From IMG/VR virus record IMGVR_UViG_3300037320_000070, positions 1 to 55,519 of that record: DNA of 55,519 nucleotides, one strand, 5' to 3'. Under the pieces are notes generated by a model. The model was not told the DNA's origin. It searched no databases and saw only the letters and a program-made list of their open reading frames with translations. Shown here piece by piece: positions 8,126 through 17,652 of this stretch. How positions within the stretch are numbered: position 1 is the first letter of the stretch; each line of letters starts with the position of its first letter. Source of the DNA: a virus (lineage: Duplodnaviria > Caudoviricetes). The translations under genes were made by a program, and so were the position numbers.

Positions 8126-9915
8126 GTGAATTATTTAAAGTCTTAACGGACAAGGATCATTGTTTAACTAGACCAAATATGTACATAGGCTCAATTGATG
8201 AAGAAATGATTGAGCAATTTGTGTTTGGTAAATATCAGTCGGTTGGTTATGTTGCGGGTCTTGCTAAAATCATTAATGAGATAATTGATAATTCCGTTGA
8301 TGAAGCAATCCGAACTAAATTTAAATATGCAAATGCTATTAATGTTGATGTAAGTTCGCATTCGGTAAAAGTTACCGATAATGGTCGAGGTTTACCGCAA
8401 GACCTAATACTCGACACCGATGGGAGTAAAATACTTTTACCAGTTGCGGCGTGGACTAGAACCAAAGCGGGTTCTAATTTCAACGATGATGATAGAACAA
8501 CAATTGGATTAAATGGTGTAGGTAGCGCATTAACTAATTATTTTTCAATCAAATTTGTTGGAGAAACCAGAAACGGAAAGCAACGAACGACTGTAACTTG
8601 TGTAAATAATGCCGATAGTATTGTTACAGACCAAATTGCTTGTGATGAAGTTGCGGGAACGTCTGTTAGTTTCATTCCAGACTTTGAAAGATTTGGTGTT
8701 AGCGATATCAGTGAAGATTTACAGAATATTATTAATGACCGAATTGCGTCACTGCAAATATGCTACCCGAAAATTGTATTCAAATTTAATAACAAGCGAA
8801 TTACGCACAAAACAATTGGTCTATATCGGTCGCTATATGCTGAACAATCTGTATTGATGAATACCGAAAATTGCAAATTCTTCTTTTTTAATTCCGATGG
8901 ATATAAGCAAAATTCATTTGTCAACGGTGTTCAAACTAAAAGCGGCGGTAGTCATACCGAATATGTATCTAATCAGGTTATAGATTCCCTTATACCAATG
9001 ATTAAGAAAAAATATAAAATTGATATACCTAAATCTATTGTAAAATTAAATCTTGGGCTAGTGTTATTTTTGACCAAATTTAATAATCCAAAATTTGATT
9101 CACAGACAAAGGAAAAGCTAACTAATACACCGACTGAAGTTAAAAATAACATTGGTGATATTGATTTTGTTTCGATAGCTAAACAAATTGTTAATATCGA
9201 CTCTATGATCAATCCAATTGTTGATGCTATTTTGGCTAAAAAGATTGCGGCTGATAATCGCGCGGCGGCATTGGAGCAAAAGAAATTAGGTAAGAAAAAA
9301 GTATCTGGACATATTAAAGCCAACGGCAATAGAAATACGACACTGTTTTTAACTGAAGGTATGAGCGCAAGCGGGTTTTTTATAAATGTTAGGGACTCAG
9401 CTAAACATGGGTTATTTCCATTGCGCGGTAAAGTCTTAAATACTAGAGATATGAAACCGGTTGAAATAATAAAGAACGCTGAACTAGGTAGTATAATGAG
9501 CATTCTTGGATTAGAGTACGGCAAACGATGTATCCTACCCCATTACGATTCAATAGCTATCATGGTTGATGCCGATACAGATGGATTGGGGAGCATATAC
9601 CCACTGTTATTAAATTTCTTTAGTGAGTGGATTGAGTTATTCGAAGATAAGCGGATTAAGTTTATAAAAACGCCTTTGGTTATAGCTAAAAAGAATAAAA
9701 CCATAAAGTGGTACTACAACATAGCGGATTACAACAAGGCTAAATTAGACGGATACAAAATAAGATATATTAAGGGTCTGGGTTCTTTAGAGATTGAAGA
9801 ATATAAAGAAATTATCCACAATCCACAATATGAAGTTGTCGAACTAGATGATATGGATAAACTTGAAATGTTATTTGGTAAAGATAGCCAACGTAGAAAA
9901 GAATGGATGCTATAA
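8122..9915 (+). CDS. 39: DNA topoisomerase II large subunit (fused gp39+gp60)
   Basis: RPNMYIGS, EIIDNSVDE, DNGRGLP, TEGMSA, PLRGKVLN, DADTDG, YIKGLGS. Confidence 0.97.
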   Translation: MSELFKVLTDKDHCLTRPNMYIGSIDEEMIEQFVFGKYQSVGYVAGLAKIINEIIDNSVDEAIRTKFKYANAINVDVSSHSVKVTDNGRGLPQDLILDTDGSKILLPVAAWTRTKAGSNFNDDDRTTIGLNGVGSALTNYFSIKFVGETRNGKQRTTVTCVNNADSIVTDQIACDEVAGTSVSFIPDFERFGVSDISEDLQNIINDRIASLQICYPKIVFKFNNKRITHKTIGLYRSLYAEQSVLMNTENCKFFFFNSDGYKQNSFVNGVQTKSGGSHTEYVSNQVIDSLIPMIKKKYKIDIPKSIVKLNLGLVLFLTKFNNPKFDSQTKEKLTNTPTEVKNNIGDIDFVSIAKQIVNIDSMINPIVDAILAKKIAADNRAAALEQKKLGKKKVSGHIKANGNRNTTLFLTEGMSASGFFINVRDSAKHGLFPLRGKVLNTRDMKPVEIIKNAELGSIMSILGLEYGKRCILPHYDSIAIMVDADTDGLGSIYPLLLNFFSEWIELFEDKRIKFIKTPLVIAKKNKTIKWYYNIADYNKAKLDGYKIRYIKGLGSLEIEEYKEIIHNPQYEVVELDDMDKLEMLFGKDSQRRKEWML

Positions 9916-9926
9916 TTTATTTAGTG

Positions 9927-9934
9927 TATAAATA
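9927..9934 (+). promoter_or_regulatory. T4-type late promoter
   Basis: Intergenic TATAAATA ahead of a structural-looking operon. Confidence 0.8.
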
Positions 9935-9973
9935 TAGTATAATATTAAATAAATAATCCAGAGTGAGTAAATT

Positions 9974-11638
9974 ATGAGTTTTACGCAAGATAGTAACAAC
10001 ATTATTATTACTGATGAAGGTTCAGCCGCATCACCCGTAACATTAGATACTTTAGTATCAGAATATGGCGGTGTTGTAATTAAAACTGAAGATAATACTT
10101 ATTTTATAAGTAAAAACGTACACTTAGATGGTACGACTTTTTGTAACTTCACATTAGCGAATATAACGGTTGACACAAGGAATCACTATATTGCTTTTCG
10201 TGTTTCCAATGATGCAGTTTTACAATTGGGTGAAATTGACGCAGATGGTAATACTTTTAACGGAGTCTCATTTCAACTAATAAATTGTAGTGCTAACGTA
10301 TGGTCGCAAAGTGGTCAAAGTGGTGACCTTCTTTTTTACGGTAGTCGCATTTCCTGTGTTCCTAACTCACCTAGCCAAGATTTTGTTTTTTGGAGAGCCT
10401 ACAGAAATGACAGCCATTTAAACGACCTAATAGATTGTATCATAGAGGGTTTTTCGGGCACAGGTAGGTTACAGGGATTACGATTAAGAAATACTCAAAT
10501 AGTTAACGCTACCCTTGGTTTTCCACCACCTTTGACAGTTAAAGCACCTACCAGAGAAATTGACGCGCTTATTGTTAGAAGATGTAACGCATTTTTTTAC
10601 TGGAACGTAGTACTTTCAGAGTCGATTACGGTTAGAAACTTAAAAGAAAGAGATAATAATAACACAGCGTTATATATGGCCGATTTTACTGGTGCTACTG
10701 CAACGTTTATAAACCCCGATTTTGAAAACCCAACGATAAATTTTACCAATCAAGAGCCTAGTAATAATAACGCTAATGTGTTTGAATTTTATTCATATAA
10801 CGCGGTTGCAGTATTAGACTCTGATAGCTCAGTGCAAGAAGACGTTAAACTTGCTTTCTACCGTTCAAACGGTGATGAAGAATATTCTGAAGTAAGCGAC
10901 TCAGGTGGCGTATTTACAGAAGCGTTACTATTAAAGCAATTTTATAATTCAAGCACCCCAACTACTAGAACGCCTCACGTTTTAAGATTAAGAAAACTAA
11001 ATCTGATTTACGTTGAGCAACCTGTTAATGCGGTTACCCCCGTTGTTAATCAGTTTAGACTTAGAGTTAATAATAGAATTGATAATGCTATTGCTCACGC
11101 TGGAATTACGTTCGATTTTGCAAATAAAACAATATTAATTGACGATGATAATAACTTTCAGACATTGTACGATAGCTATCAATATCACCTGCAATTAACT
11201 GCTAACATGCAATACAGTGAGGTATTAGCATTAGTGGGAGAAAGCTTTAATTTAGATGATTATGATTTAACCGTTGATGACGCAACTTACACAGGTGATT
11301 TAATTACTACCGGAAATTTAACACTGTCTAACGGTGGAAAAATTACTGGTTCTTACACAGATCAAAATGGAACAGTCGCACCATCTGTACAGTTAACAAT
11401 CGCGGTAAATCAAACTGGATGCGATGTAGTTATACTAGAAGCGGGTACTAGTACAGTACTAGCAAGTGTTGATGAGCAAGCCGGAAATGACTTTATTTAT
11501 GTGTACTCTGGAACCCAAACGGTAGATGTTGGCGTAGTTAAACAAGGTTTTGTTGTTAATTACACTTACGGATTTGCTTTGAATGGATTAAGTACAACTC
11601 TACCTGTGAAATTAATAGCTGATCGGAACTACATATGA
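9974..11638 (+). CDS. Putative virion structural/appendage protein (beta-rich)
   Basis: Late promoter; N/T/S/D/G-rich; internal GITFDFANKTILI motif shared with neighbours. Confidence 0.65.
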   Translation: MSFTQDSNNIIITDEGSAASPVTLDTLVSEYGGVVIKTEDNTYFISKNVHLDGTTFCNFTLANITVDTRNHYIAFRVSNDAVLQLGEIDADGNTFNGVSFQLINCSANVWSQSGQSGDLLFYGSRISCVPNSPSQDFVFWRAYRNDSHLNDLIDCIIEGFSGTGRLQGLRLRNTQIVNATLGFPPPLTVKAPTREIDALIVRRCNAFFYWNVVLSESITVRNLKERDNNNTALYMADFTGATATFINPDFENPTINFTNQEPSNNNANVFEFYSYNAVAVLDSDSSVQEDVKLAFYRSNGDEEYSEVSDSGGVFTEALLLKQFYNSSTPTTRTPHVLRLRKLNLIYVEQPVNAVTPVVNQFRLRVNNRIDNAIAHAGITFDFANKTILIDDDNNFQTLYDSYQYHLQLTANMQYSEVLALVGESFNLDDYDLTVDDATYTGDLITTGNLTLSNGGKITGSYTDQNGTVAPSVQLTIAVNQTGCDVVILEAGTSTVLASVDEQAGNDFIYVYSGTQTVDVGVVKQGFVVNYTYGFALNGLSTTLPVKLIADRNYI

Positions 11639-11817
11639 ATAGAAAGATAACAAGAACCACTGATGGTAAATATATAGGTTTGGTATTTGATGATACTAAA
11701 TCATTTATAATTATGGATGGTGTGATGTTTACGCCACAAAAGATCCAAGATGTCGGTGGGGGATTAGTGCAATATTCCAATGTCCACTACGTAATATTAA
11801 CAAAGGAAATAAAATAA
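11635..11817 (+). CDS. Small hypothetical protein in the structural operon
   Basis: ATGA overlap; abuts the next gene. Confidence 0.65.
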   Translation: MNRKITRTTDGKYIGLVFDDTKSFIIMDGVMFTPQKIQDVGGGLVQYSNVHYVILTKEIK

Positions 11818-13164
11818 ATGAGTAAAATAACCGATAGAAGTGATTTAAACGTTGGTGTTGAGCTAATTATAAATGAACCTAACAGAACATTTGAATTAGT
11901 CGAAGCTGGCAATTTAGTTGCTAAAGACGGCGTATCTATTCAGGCATTATATAGTAAATTTGTAGACCTTTGGGCTACAGAAACATATCAAGATTCACCA
12001 TTTCCTATGAACGCCATAGATGCGTTATCTGGACAATATTTAATAGGTGTGGATGCTGGTAACAATGCCAACGGATGGAAGCCATTAAACACTACAACTC
12101 GTCAAATAATGCGTGATGGTGGTTGGCAAGAATTTGATGCATCTGGTGATATACTAAGGATATATGCGGGTATCGTTGGATTGGGAACGGTTAGTTCCGG
12201 CGCTCAATTATACTATCAGTCTACACCAAATGAATCACCAAATAATTTTACCTTTGAAGATCAAGCAAACGAAGGTATTCAAGTATTCGGCAATGCGGAT
12301 AATGGAAACTTTGATAATCGTGCATTTTTTAAAGGATATGTTCGTGAACAAGGTAGATTATATAGAGATTCAATATTAGCCGATACTGGTAAGACCACTA
12401 CTGGCGCATTTATAGTAAATATACTGTTAAGTGATTCTAATGATCTAAAAATCGTAGATGACGACAGTGAAATGACTAATTCACCCTACAGTGGTATTAC
12501 AGTTGAATACTTTGGGTCAGACCAACAACGCGATGTTGGTGGTAGTAACTACAATTATGATATTATCATAGACGGTAACGGCGCATCATTAGAAGAAATT
12601 TACACTAAGGCTCAATTTTTATTGCGTCAAGATAGTGATATAGATTCTGGGAGTGGTACGGTAAATGGTAAGACCGCTGATTTACTATGTGGATTTGTTG
12701 GTGACATACTAGAAACGAATAATGGTGTGTATATAGATAACATATCCGCTTTAGATACCAATAGAATTGTATTCAAAGATACTGCTGGTATAAATAGAGC
12801 AAACGCATTTGTATCGACTGGTACACTAAACTTCAATGCAATAATGGTTGGAGGTGGATCTAGTTATAGATTGATGTTTACCAATGGTCCATCAAGTGAT
12901 GATGATTATGGTGAAGCTGGCGCAATAACGGTTGTTGATGCTTCTGGCGATCCGGTTACTGGTGTAATAAGTAATGGTTCTATTAGCTTTACTTTTGATT
13001 ACGATGGTGATACAGTAGGCGGTACAGCTGGAACTGATAAAAACGTAACTTTGATAGGTATTCGTCCAAATAGTTCTAAATTTGCGGTAGCTACTAGTTC
13101 GTTAAGTCGCTCAAAAACTATAGCAATATCACTTGTGGCTGAAACCGACAGAGCATATTTATAA
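11818..13164 (+). CDS. Putative virion structural protein
   Basis: Acidic, G/D/T-rich 448 aa; C-terminus ISLVAETDRAYL parallels LPVKLIADRNYI of 9974. Confidence 0.7.
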   Translation: MSKITDRSDLNVGVELIINEPNRTFELVEAGNLVAKDGVSIQALYSKFVDLWATETYQDSPFPMNAIDALSGQYLIGVDAGNNANGWKPLNTTTRQIMRDGGWQEFDASGDILRIYAGIVGLGTVSSGAQLYYQSTPNESPNNFTFEDQANEGIQVFGNADNGNFDNRAFFKGYVREQGRLYRDSILADTGKTTTGAFIVNILLSDSNDLKIVDDDSEMTNSPYSGITVEYFGSDQQRDVGGSNYNYDIIIDGNGASLEEIYTKAQFLLRQDSDIDSGSGTVNGKTADLLCGFVGDILETNNGVYIDNISALDTNRIVFKDTAGINRANAFVSTGTLNFNAIMVGGGSSYRLMFTNGPSSDDDYGEAGAITVVDASGDPVTGVISNGSISFTFDYDGDTVGGTAGTDKNVTLIGIRPNSSKFAVATSSLSRSKTIAISLVAETDRAYL

Positions 13165-13171
13165 GGTTATA

Positions 13172-13768
13172 ATGATTACTTTTGACGCAAATAACAAAAT
13201 TATTCAACTGGACTCGTTTTTAGTCTCAGAAAGAGAAATTCTGACAGCTTATGTTGATTGGTCAGTTCTTGACGATCATTTGAAATATGGCGTAGTTATA
13301 GATCAGACTGGCGGTGTTGCCCCAATAGCATTATATTTATTTTTAAATGATGGATGGAAGGTTAGACCTTTAGAATCCGATGGGATAACTACTATAACTG
13401 GTAATTTATTAACCGATGATGGTAGTTCACCCATATCCGCTACATTGGGCAACTTTAATGTACTAGTTAATTTAGAAACTCCTGTATTGGCGGCGGCTAT
13501 TGAAGTTTCCGGTGGTACTACATTAACAGCTAATGCGATTGCATCGGCGGTTTGGGCTAATGCTAATGCTGTAGATTTAATTAATAAAACAGATCAGATA
13601 AATACGGTAACACAAGCACAATCAGATATGATTTTAGAAATTTATAGATTGTATGGGTTAGACCCCAGTAGACCATTAATAGTGACCAATACGTCAAGAA
13701 AAGCTGGAACTGAAATTCAGCAAGTTATAAATTCATCTACTAATACAACTACAATAACCAGATCATGA
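13172..13768 (+). CDS. Putative virion structural protein
   Basis: Start moved to MITFDANNKIIQLD behind AAGG; shares its N-terminal motif with 9974 and 11818. Confidence 0.65.
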   Translation: MITFDANNKIIQLDSFLVSEREILTAYVDWSVLDDHLKYGVVIDQTGGVAPIALYLFLNDGWKVRPLESDGITTITGNLLTDDGSSPISATLGNFNVLVNLETPVLAAAIEVSGGTTLTANAIASAVWANANAVDLINKTDQINTVTQAQSDMILEIYRLYGLDPSRPLIVTNTSRKAGTEIQQVINSSTNTTTITRS

Positions 13769-14202
13769 CAGACCATCCATGCATAGCAACTGAAGGTTTA
13801 ATGCCAAGAGTATTGGCTAAAGTTAAAAAAACTTTAGTTATTGCTACGCTAGGTTTAGTCTGTATACAAATAAATGTACCACCGGATACTGTACAAACAG
13901 GATCGGGTGGCGGTAGTTTCATACAATTAGATGATAGAAATAAATTCTATCAACCGTATGATATATTGAGAAAAAAATCAATTATTTTAGTAATAATTGA
14001 TGGGAAAGAATATCGTGGAGTTATTGACCACAAAATAGGTATAAATAGAGTAAGCGTAGCAATTGAGAATATACGTGTTAAGCATATATCGGAAATAACG
14101 ATATTAGATCTCAATGCTTCGGAATTAAATCCAGTTTTTAAAGTAGAACTACTAGAGGTCCACAATGAGTACACCAATAAAGTTGAAGTTAAATTCATCT
14201 AA
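13765..14202 (+). CDS. Hypothetical protein (structural operon)
   Basis: ATGA overlap. Confidence 0.6.
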   Translation: MTDHPCIATEGLMPRVLAKVKKTLVIATLGLVCIQINVPPDTVQTGSGGGSFIQLDDRNKFYQPYDILRKKSIILVIIDGKEYRGVIDHKIGINRVSVAIENIRVKHISEITILDLNASELNPVFKVELLEVHNEYTNKVEVKFI

Positions 14203-14602
14203 TGAAATCAAAATGTCTATTAAGGCATTTGGTGACATAGATACAATTACAGAAGTTTCGTTAATCGTAGAATCAGATTTTTACGATTATAAATTCACAG
14301 GTAAAATAGTTAATGGGGTGGTACAAGTAAAAATACCAAAATTAGCTGGTATCATAGAATCAGGTACATATTCAGCAAGTTTGAATGTTATTGCCGATGG
14401 TGATAAATTCTTTCAGCCGTACAAGGGTAGTGTTATATTTCCCAGTATAGGAAAAGTCGATGTGTCTGAAACTCGAATTGAAGATATTCAATCTGATATC
14501 GAATGTGAATTAATTCAAGAAGATGAAGACGAAGATCAATATACAGAGCGCGCGCGCAAGAAAGGTGAAACTAAATTTTCTAAATATTTTAACAAAGATT
14601 AA
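14165..14602 (+). CDS. Hypothetical Ig-like/beta-rich protein
   Basis: GAGG RBS; alternating beta pattern. Confidence 0.65.
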   Translation: MSTPIKLKLNSSNEIKMSIKAFGDIDTITEVSLIVESDFYDYKFTGKIVNGVVQVKIPKLAGIIESGTYSASLNVIADGDKFFQPYKGSVIFPSIGKVDVSETRIEDIQSDIECELIQEDEDEDQYTERARKKGETKFSKYFNKD

Positions 14603-14662
14603 TTTGACATACCACCAGAGTTTGTGATAATCTGGTGGTTACATCAATTAAAAGGGTATATT

Positions 14663-14872
14663 ATGTTTACACAACTACAATTTACGCTAGTAGTGTTTGG
14701 ATTTATATTATCATTTGGCGTAATACTCACATTTTCATTCATCGGTGCATCGACTGCATTTGACCCAATTTATGCAACAAAAATAATATTTGGTCTAATG
14801 CTACTAATGCTAATCATATTTTCTTTTTTAATTACCAAGTTAATTAACAATAATAAATTTTTTGAGGAATAG
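14663..14872 (+). CDS. Small two-TM membrane protein
   Basis: Start moved to ATG 14663; TTGACA promoter with ACCACCAGA/TCTGGTGGT dyad upstream. Confidence 0.65.
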   Translation: MFTQLQFTLVVFGFILSFGVILTFSFIGASTAFDPIYATKIIFGLMLLMLIIFSFLITKLINNNKFFEE

Positions 14873-14875
14873 TTA

Positions 14876-15214
14876 TTGATTGCATATAAGATAGTAGAAA
14901 CTTATGATAATGGTTTAAGATCATTATTTCATGGTACGGATGGTACAAGACACTTTTCTGTAGGTGTTTGGCTGGATGCTCAAATAAGATTAAATGCCAA
15001 AGACGGTACAAGTAAAACCACATATCGTTCTGGGTATCATGTATTGCTAACATTAAAAGAATGTGAAGATTATCTAAGTAAATTCAAGAAAAGATTAAAT
15101 AATCTTGTGATTGTAAAAGTAGAAATTGGTGACGAAATTTGGGCTAAAACACATTCACCATCCAATGTTATATTAGCAAGTAAGATGAAGATTATAGAAG
15201 TTGTGTCTAAATAA
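14876..15214 (+). CDS. Hypothetical protein
   Basis: TTG start behind GAGG. Confidence 0.65.
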   Translation: MIAYKIVETYDNGLRSLFHGTDGTRHFSVGVWLDAQIRLNAKDGTSKTTYRSGYHVLLTLKECEDYLSKFKKRLNNLVIVKVEIGDEIWAKTHSPSNVILASKMKIIEVVSK

Positions 15215-15250
15215 ATAAACGATTTAGACAAATTAACGTAAGGATAATAT

Positions 15251-16897
15251 ATGATATTTAACGATGATGATTTAATTGAGATTATTAGGTTGAGTGAACA
15301 GGATGATCTTAGTTCTCGTCAAATAGCTGAAATATATGATTGTGGTAAAACTACCATCAACAATTTCTTAGCTAAAAATACTTACACTGAATTCTGGGAA
15401 CAATACGATAGTAAACCTACAGCTGGCGGTAAAGTAACTGACGCAATAGTTCATAGGGCTTTAATTAGCTCAATTACTGATAAAAAAGTATTCATTTTTA
15501 CCTCCGCACAAAATAACACACACATACATTCTAAATTTTGGGAAAGTCTAAAACAATGCGCTAAACATAGAAATGCCGAAATTATTGTAGGTAGCTATAA
15601 GTACAACATGAATGGATTCCAAAATAAAGAAGATGACGATCTATGGTATGATCCCAAAATTCGAGATTATATTTTAGATGAACCAATTATCTTAACTGAT
15701 GGATTAATATGGTGCGGTGAATTAAATATTTTACCAACAGCGGTAAATCCAATTTCAGGATTGAATAATTACACCGGAAAAGATAGTTGTATAATTCCTC
15801 ATGCTAAGGTTCAATTAGAATCTGTACCCAGTGCTAAACATGCTGATACAAAAATGATTTATACTACCGGATCGATCACCCAATCAAACTACATTCAAAA
15901 GAAAGCTGGTCAAAAAGGCGCACATAATCACATTTATGGTGCAACAATAGTAGAAGTCGATCCAGATGGTACTTGGTTCGCTAGACAGTTAATTGCTGAA
16001 AGTGCCACTGGTGAATTTTATGATTTAGACCATTATTACGAACCAACAATGACTAGAAAGTCTACTGGGGCGTTAGCTATTAACTGGGGCGATATTCATA
16101 TTGAGAAACTGGATAATATTGTAGGAAGAGTTTCATTTGGTGTTGGTATGGATGGTGAAGATAAATTACCATATTCGGTTGAATCTAATAATATGCTGGA
16201 CGACCTAAAACCAAAATATTCTTTTTTCCATGATATTATTGACTTCAAAGTACGAAATCATCATAATAGAAAAAATCCATTATTCAAAATAAAGATGCAA
16301 GTAGATAAGACTGAGGAAGTTGATTTTGGATTAAAGCAGTGTGGCGCTCTACTTAAGTATACTCATAGGGATTTTTGTCAGCAAGTTGTTGTTAATTCTA
16401 ATCATGATGCGGCTTTACAGAAATGGGCGGTTGAATGCAACTGGTGGGATGATCCAGTTAATGCGCAATTCTTATTAGAATGTCAATTAGCCCTAGTTAA
16501 AGCGGTTAAAGGTAAAGACGGCAATTTCTGTATATTTGAAACAATGACTAAATTAAATACCGAAAATATTGAGGGTGTAAAGTTCCTGAGATTAGATGAA
16601 TCATTTATAATCGGCGGTGAAAATGGTATTGAATGTGGATATCATGGTCATACTGGTAATAATGGCGCTAGAGGTGGTACGCAAGGATATAGAACGGCGG
16701 GTATTCGATACAATATTGGACATCAACATTCAGCTGGAATAAAGGATGGGGTTTATATTGCGGGGGTAACGGCGAAACTTGACCTTGGATACAATGTAGG
16801 TATGGGTAGTTGGAGTCAATCACACATTGTGACTTATAATAATAATAAGAGAACAATGGTAACTATTAAAAACGGTAGATATAGAGGTAAAAAATAA
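15251..16897 (+). CDS. N-terminal HTH plus calcineurin-like metallophosphoesterase/nuclease, probably T5 A1-like
   Basis: LSSRQIAEIYDCGKTTIN HTH; TSAQNNT; WGDIH, HDIID, SNHD, YHGH, IGHQH metal motifs. Confidence 0.7.
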   Translation: MIFNDDDLIEIIRLSEQDDLSSRQIAEIYDCGKTTINNFLAKNTYTEFWEQYDSKPTAGGKVTDAIVHRALISSITDKKVFIFTSAQNNTHIHSKFWESLKQCAKHRNAEIIVGSYKYNMNGFQNKEDDDLWYDPKIRDYILDEPIILTDGLIWCGELNILPTAVNPISGLNNYTGKDSCIIPHAKVQLESVPSAKHADTKMIYTTGSITQSNYIQKKAGQKGAHNHIYGATIVEVDPDGTWFARQLIAESATGEFYDLDHYYEPTMTRKSTGALAINWGDIHIEKLDNIVGRVSFGVGMDGEDKLPYSVESNNMLDDLKPKYSFFHDIIDFKVRNHHNRKNPLFKIKMQVDKTEEVDFGLKQCGALLKYTHRDFCQQVVVNSNHDAALQKWAVECNWWDDPVNAQFLLECQLALVKAVKGKDGNFCIFETMTKLNTENIEGVKFLRLDESFIIGGENGIECGYHGHTGNNGARGGTQGYRTAGIRYNIGHQHSAGIKDGVYIAGVTAKLDLGYNVGMGSWSQSHIVTYNNNKRTMVTIKNGRYRGKK

Positions 16898-16920
16898 TTT
16901 AAAATAACTGAAAAAGCCTA

Positions 16921-17002
16921 TTGACTCTATTGTCGATAGGCGTTATTATAAGTGTGTTGGTTACGAAGCAAGTCCATTTATATTATTGAGGTTTATATTA
17001 TG
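16921..17002 (+). promoter_or_regulatory. Early promoter plus leader cassette
   Basis: TTGACT-17-TATTAT, GTGTGTTGGTTACGAAG...TGAGGTTTATATTATG; sister copy at 45554. Confidence 0.8.
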
Positions 17003-17581
17003 TCAAACACAAATTCAGTTACAATCACCACAGCCCTTGCAAAAAAAGCTTACCCAATTCTTAAAGGTGGTGATTCAGCTTGGTACGACTTTGCAGAAAG
17101 CGAGTTAGGTATCAAGAAACTTTATTCTCGATACCTTAACAAAGGTGAAGTTCACGCTAACCCCACTTATGAAGAATCTAGTGCCTATTATACTGAAACC
17201 AGAAATGCGAAATTGGAATGTCGTAGACTTTATAATCCAATTGACGATGCTAAAGTTGGTGATGGTGTTTCAGAGCATGGTTATTCAGATTCACGCGCTG
17301 GAACAATTATCTCAAGAACAGCTAAGTCAATCACTGTTCAATACGACACCGCAACATTACTTAACCCAGAAGACTTAAAGTTTCATGTTGGTGGTTTCTC
17401 GGCTCACTGTAGTACTCAGAATGCTCAAAAGTATTCATACGCACCAAATCCAGAAGCTGGGACTGTTAAGTTCACAAGACGCAAAGACGGTAGTTGGAGA
17501 AATGTCGGCGCTCAACATGTTTCTAACCGTTACAATGATGTAACACTAGGTAGACGCGAGTTTTACGACTACAACTTTTAA
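17000..17581 (+). CDS. Hypothetical early protein
   Basis: Start moved to ATG 17000 behind the cassette RBS. Confidence 0.8.
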   Translation: MSNTNSVTITTALAKKAYPILKGGDSAWYDFAESELGIKKLYSRYLNKGEVHANPTYEESSAYYTETRNAKLECRRLYNPIDDAKVGDGVSEHGYSDSRAGTIISRTAKSITVQYDTATLLNPEDLKFHVGGFSAHCSTQNAQKYSYAPNPEAGTVKFTRRKDGSWRNVGAQHVSNRYNDVTLGRREFYDYNF

Positions 17582-17593
17582 GATTGACAAACT

Positions 17594-17628
17594 AACCATT
17601 AGTCGCTAAATTAGCGGCTAATGGTTTT
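17594..17628 (+). terminator. Intrinsic terminator-like hairpin preceded by TTGACA
   Basis: AACCATTAGTCGCTA-AAT-TAGCGGCTAATGGTT then TT. Confidence 0.7.
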
Positions 17629-17652
17629 ATCGTAAGTATAAGGATAGTAAAT

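Noticed and set aside
8122-9915. Fused gp39-gp60 topoisomerase subunit, or a possible gene 60-type ribosomal bypass
   Set aside because: The ORF is continuous with ATPase and TOPRIM motifs; the fused form is the common state in T4-like phages.
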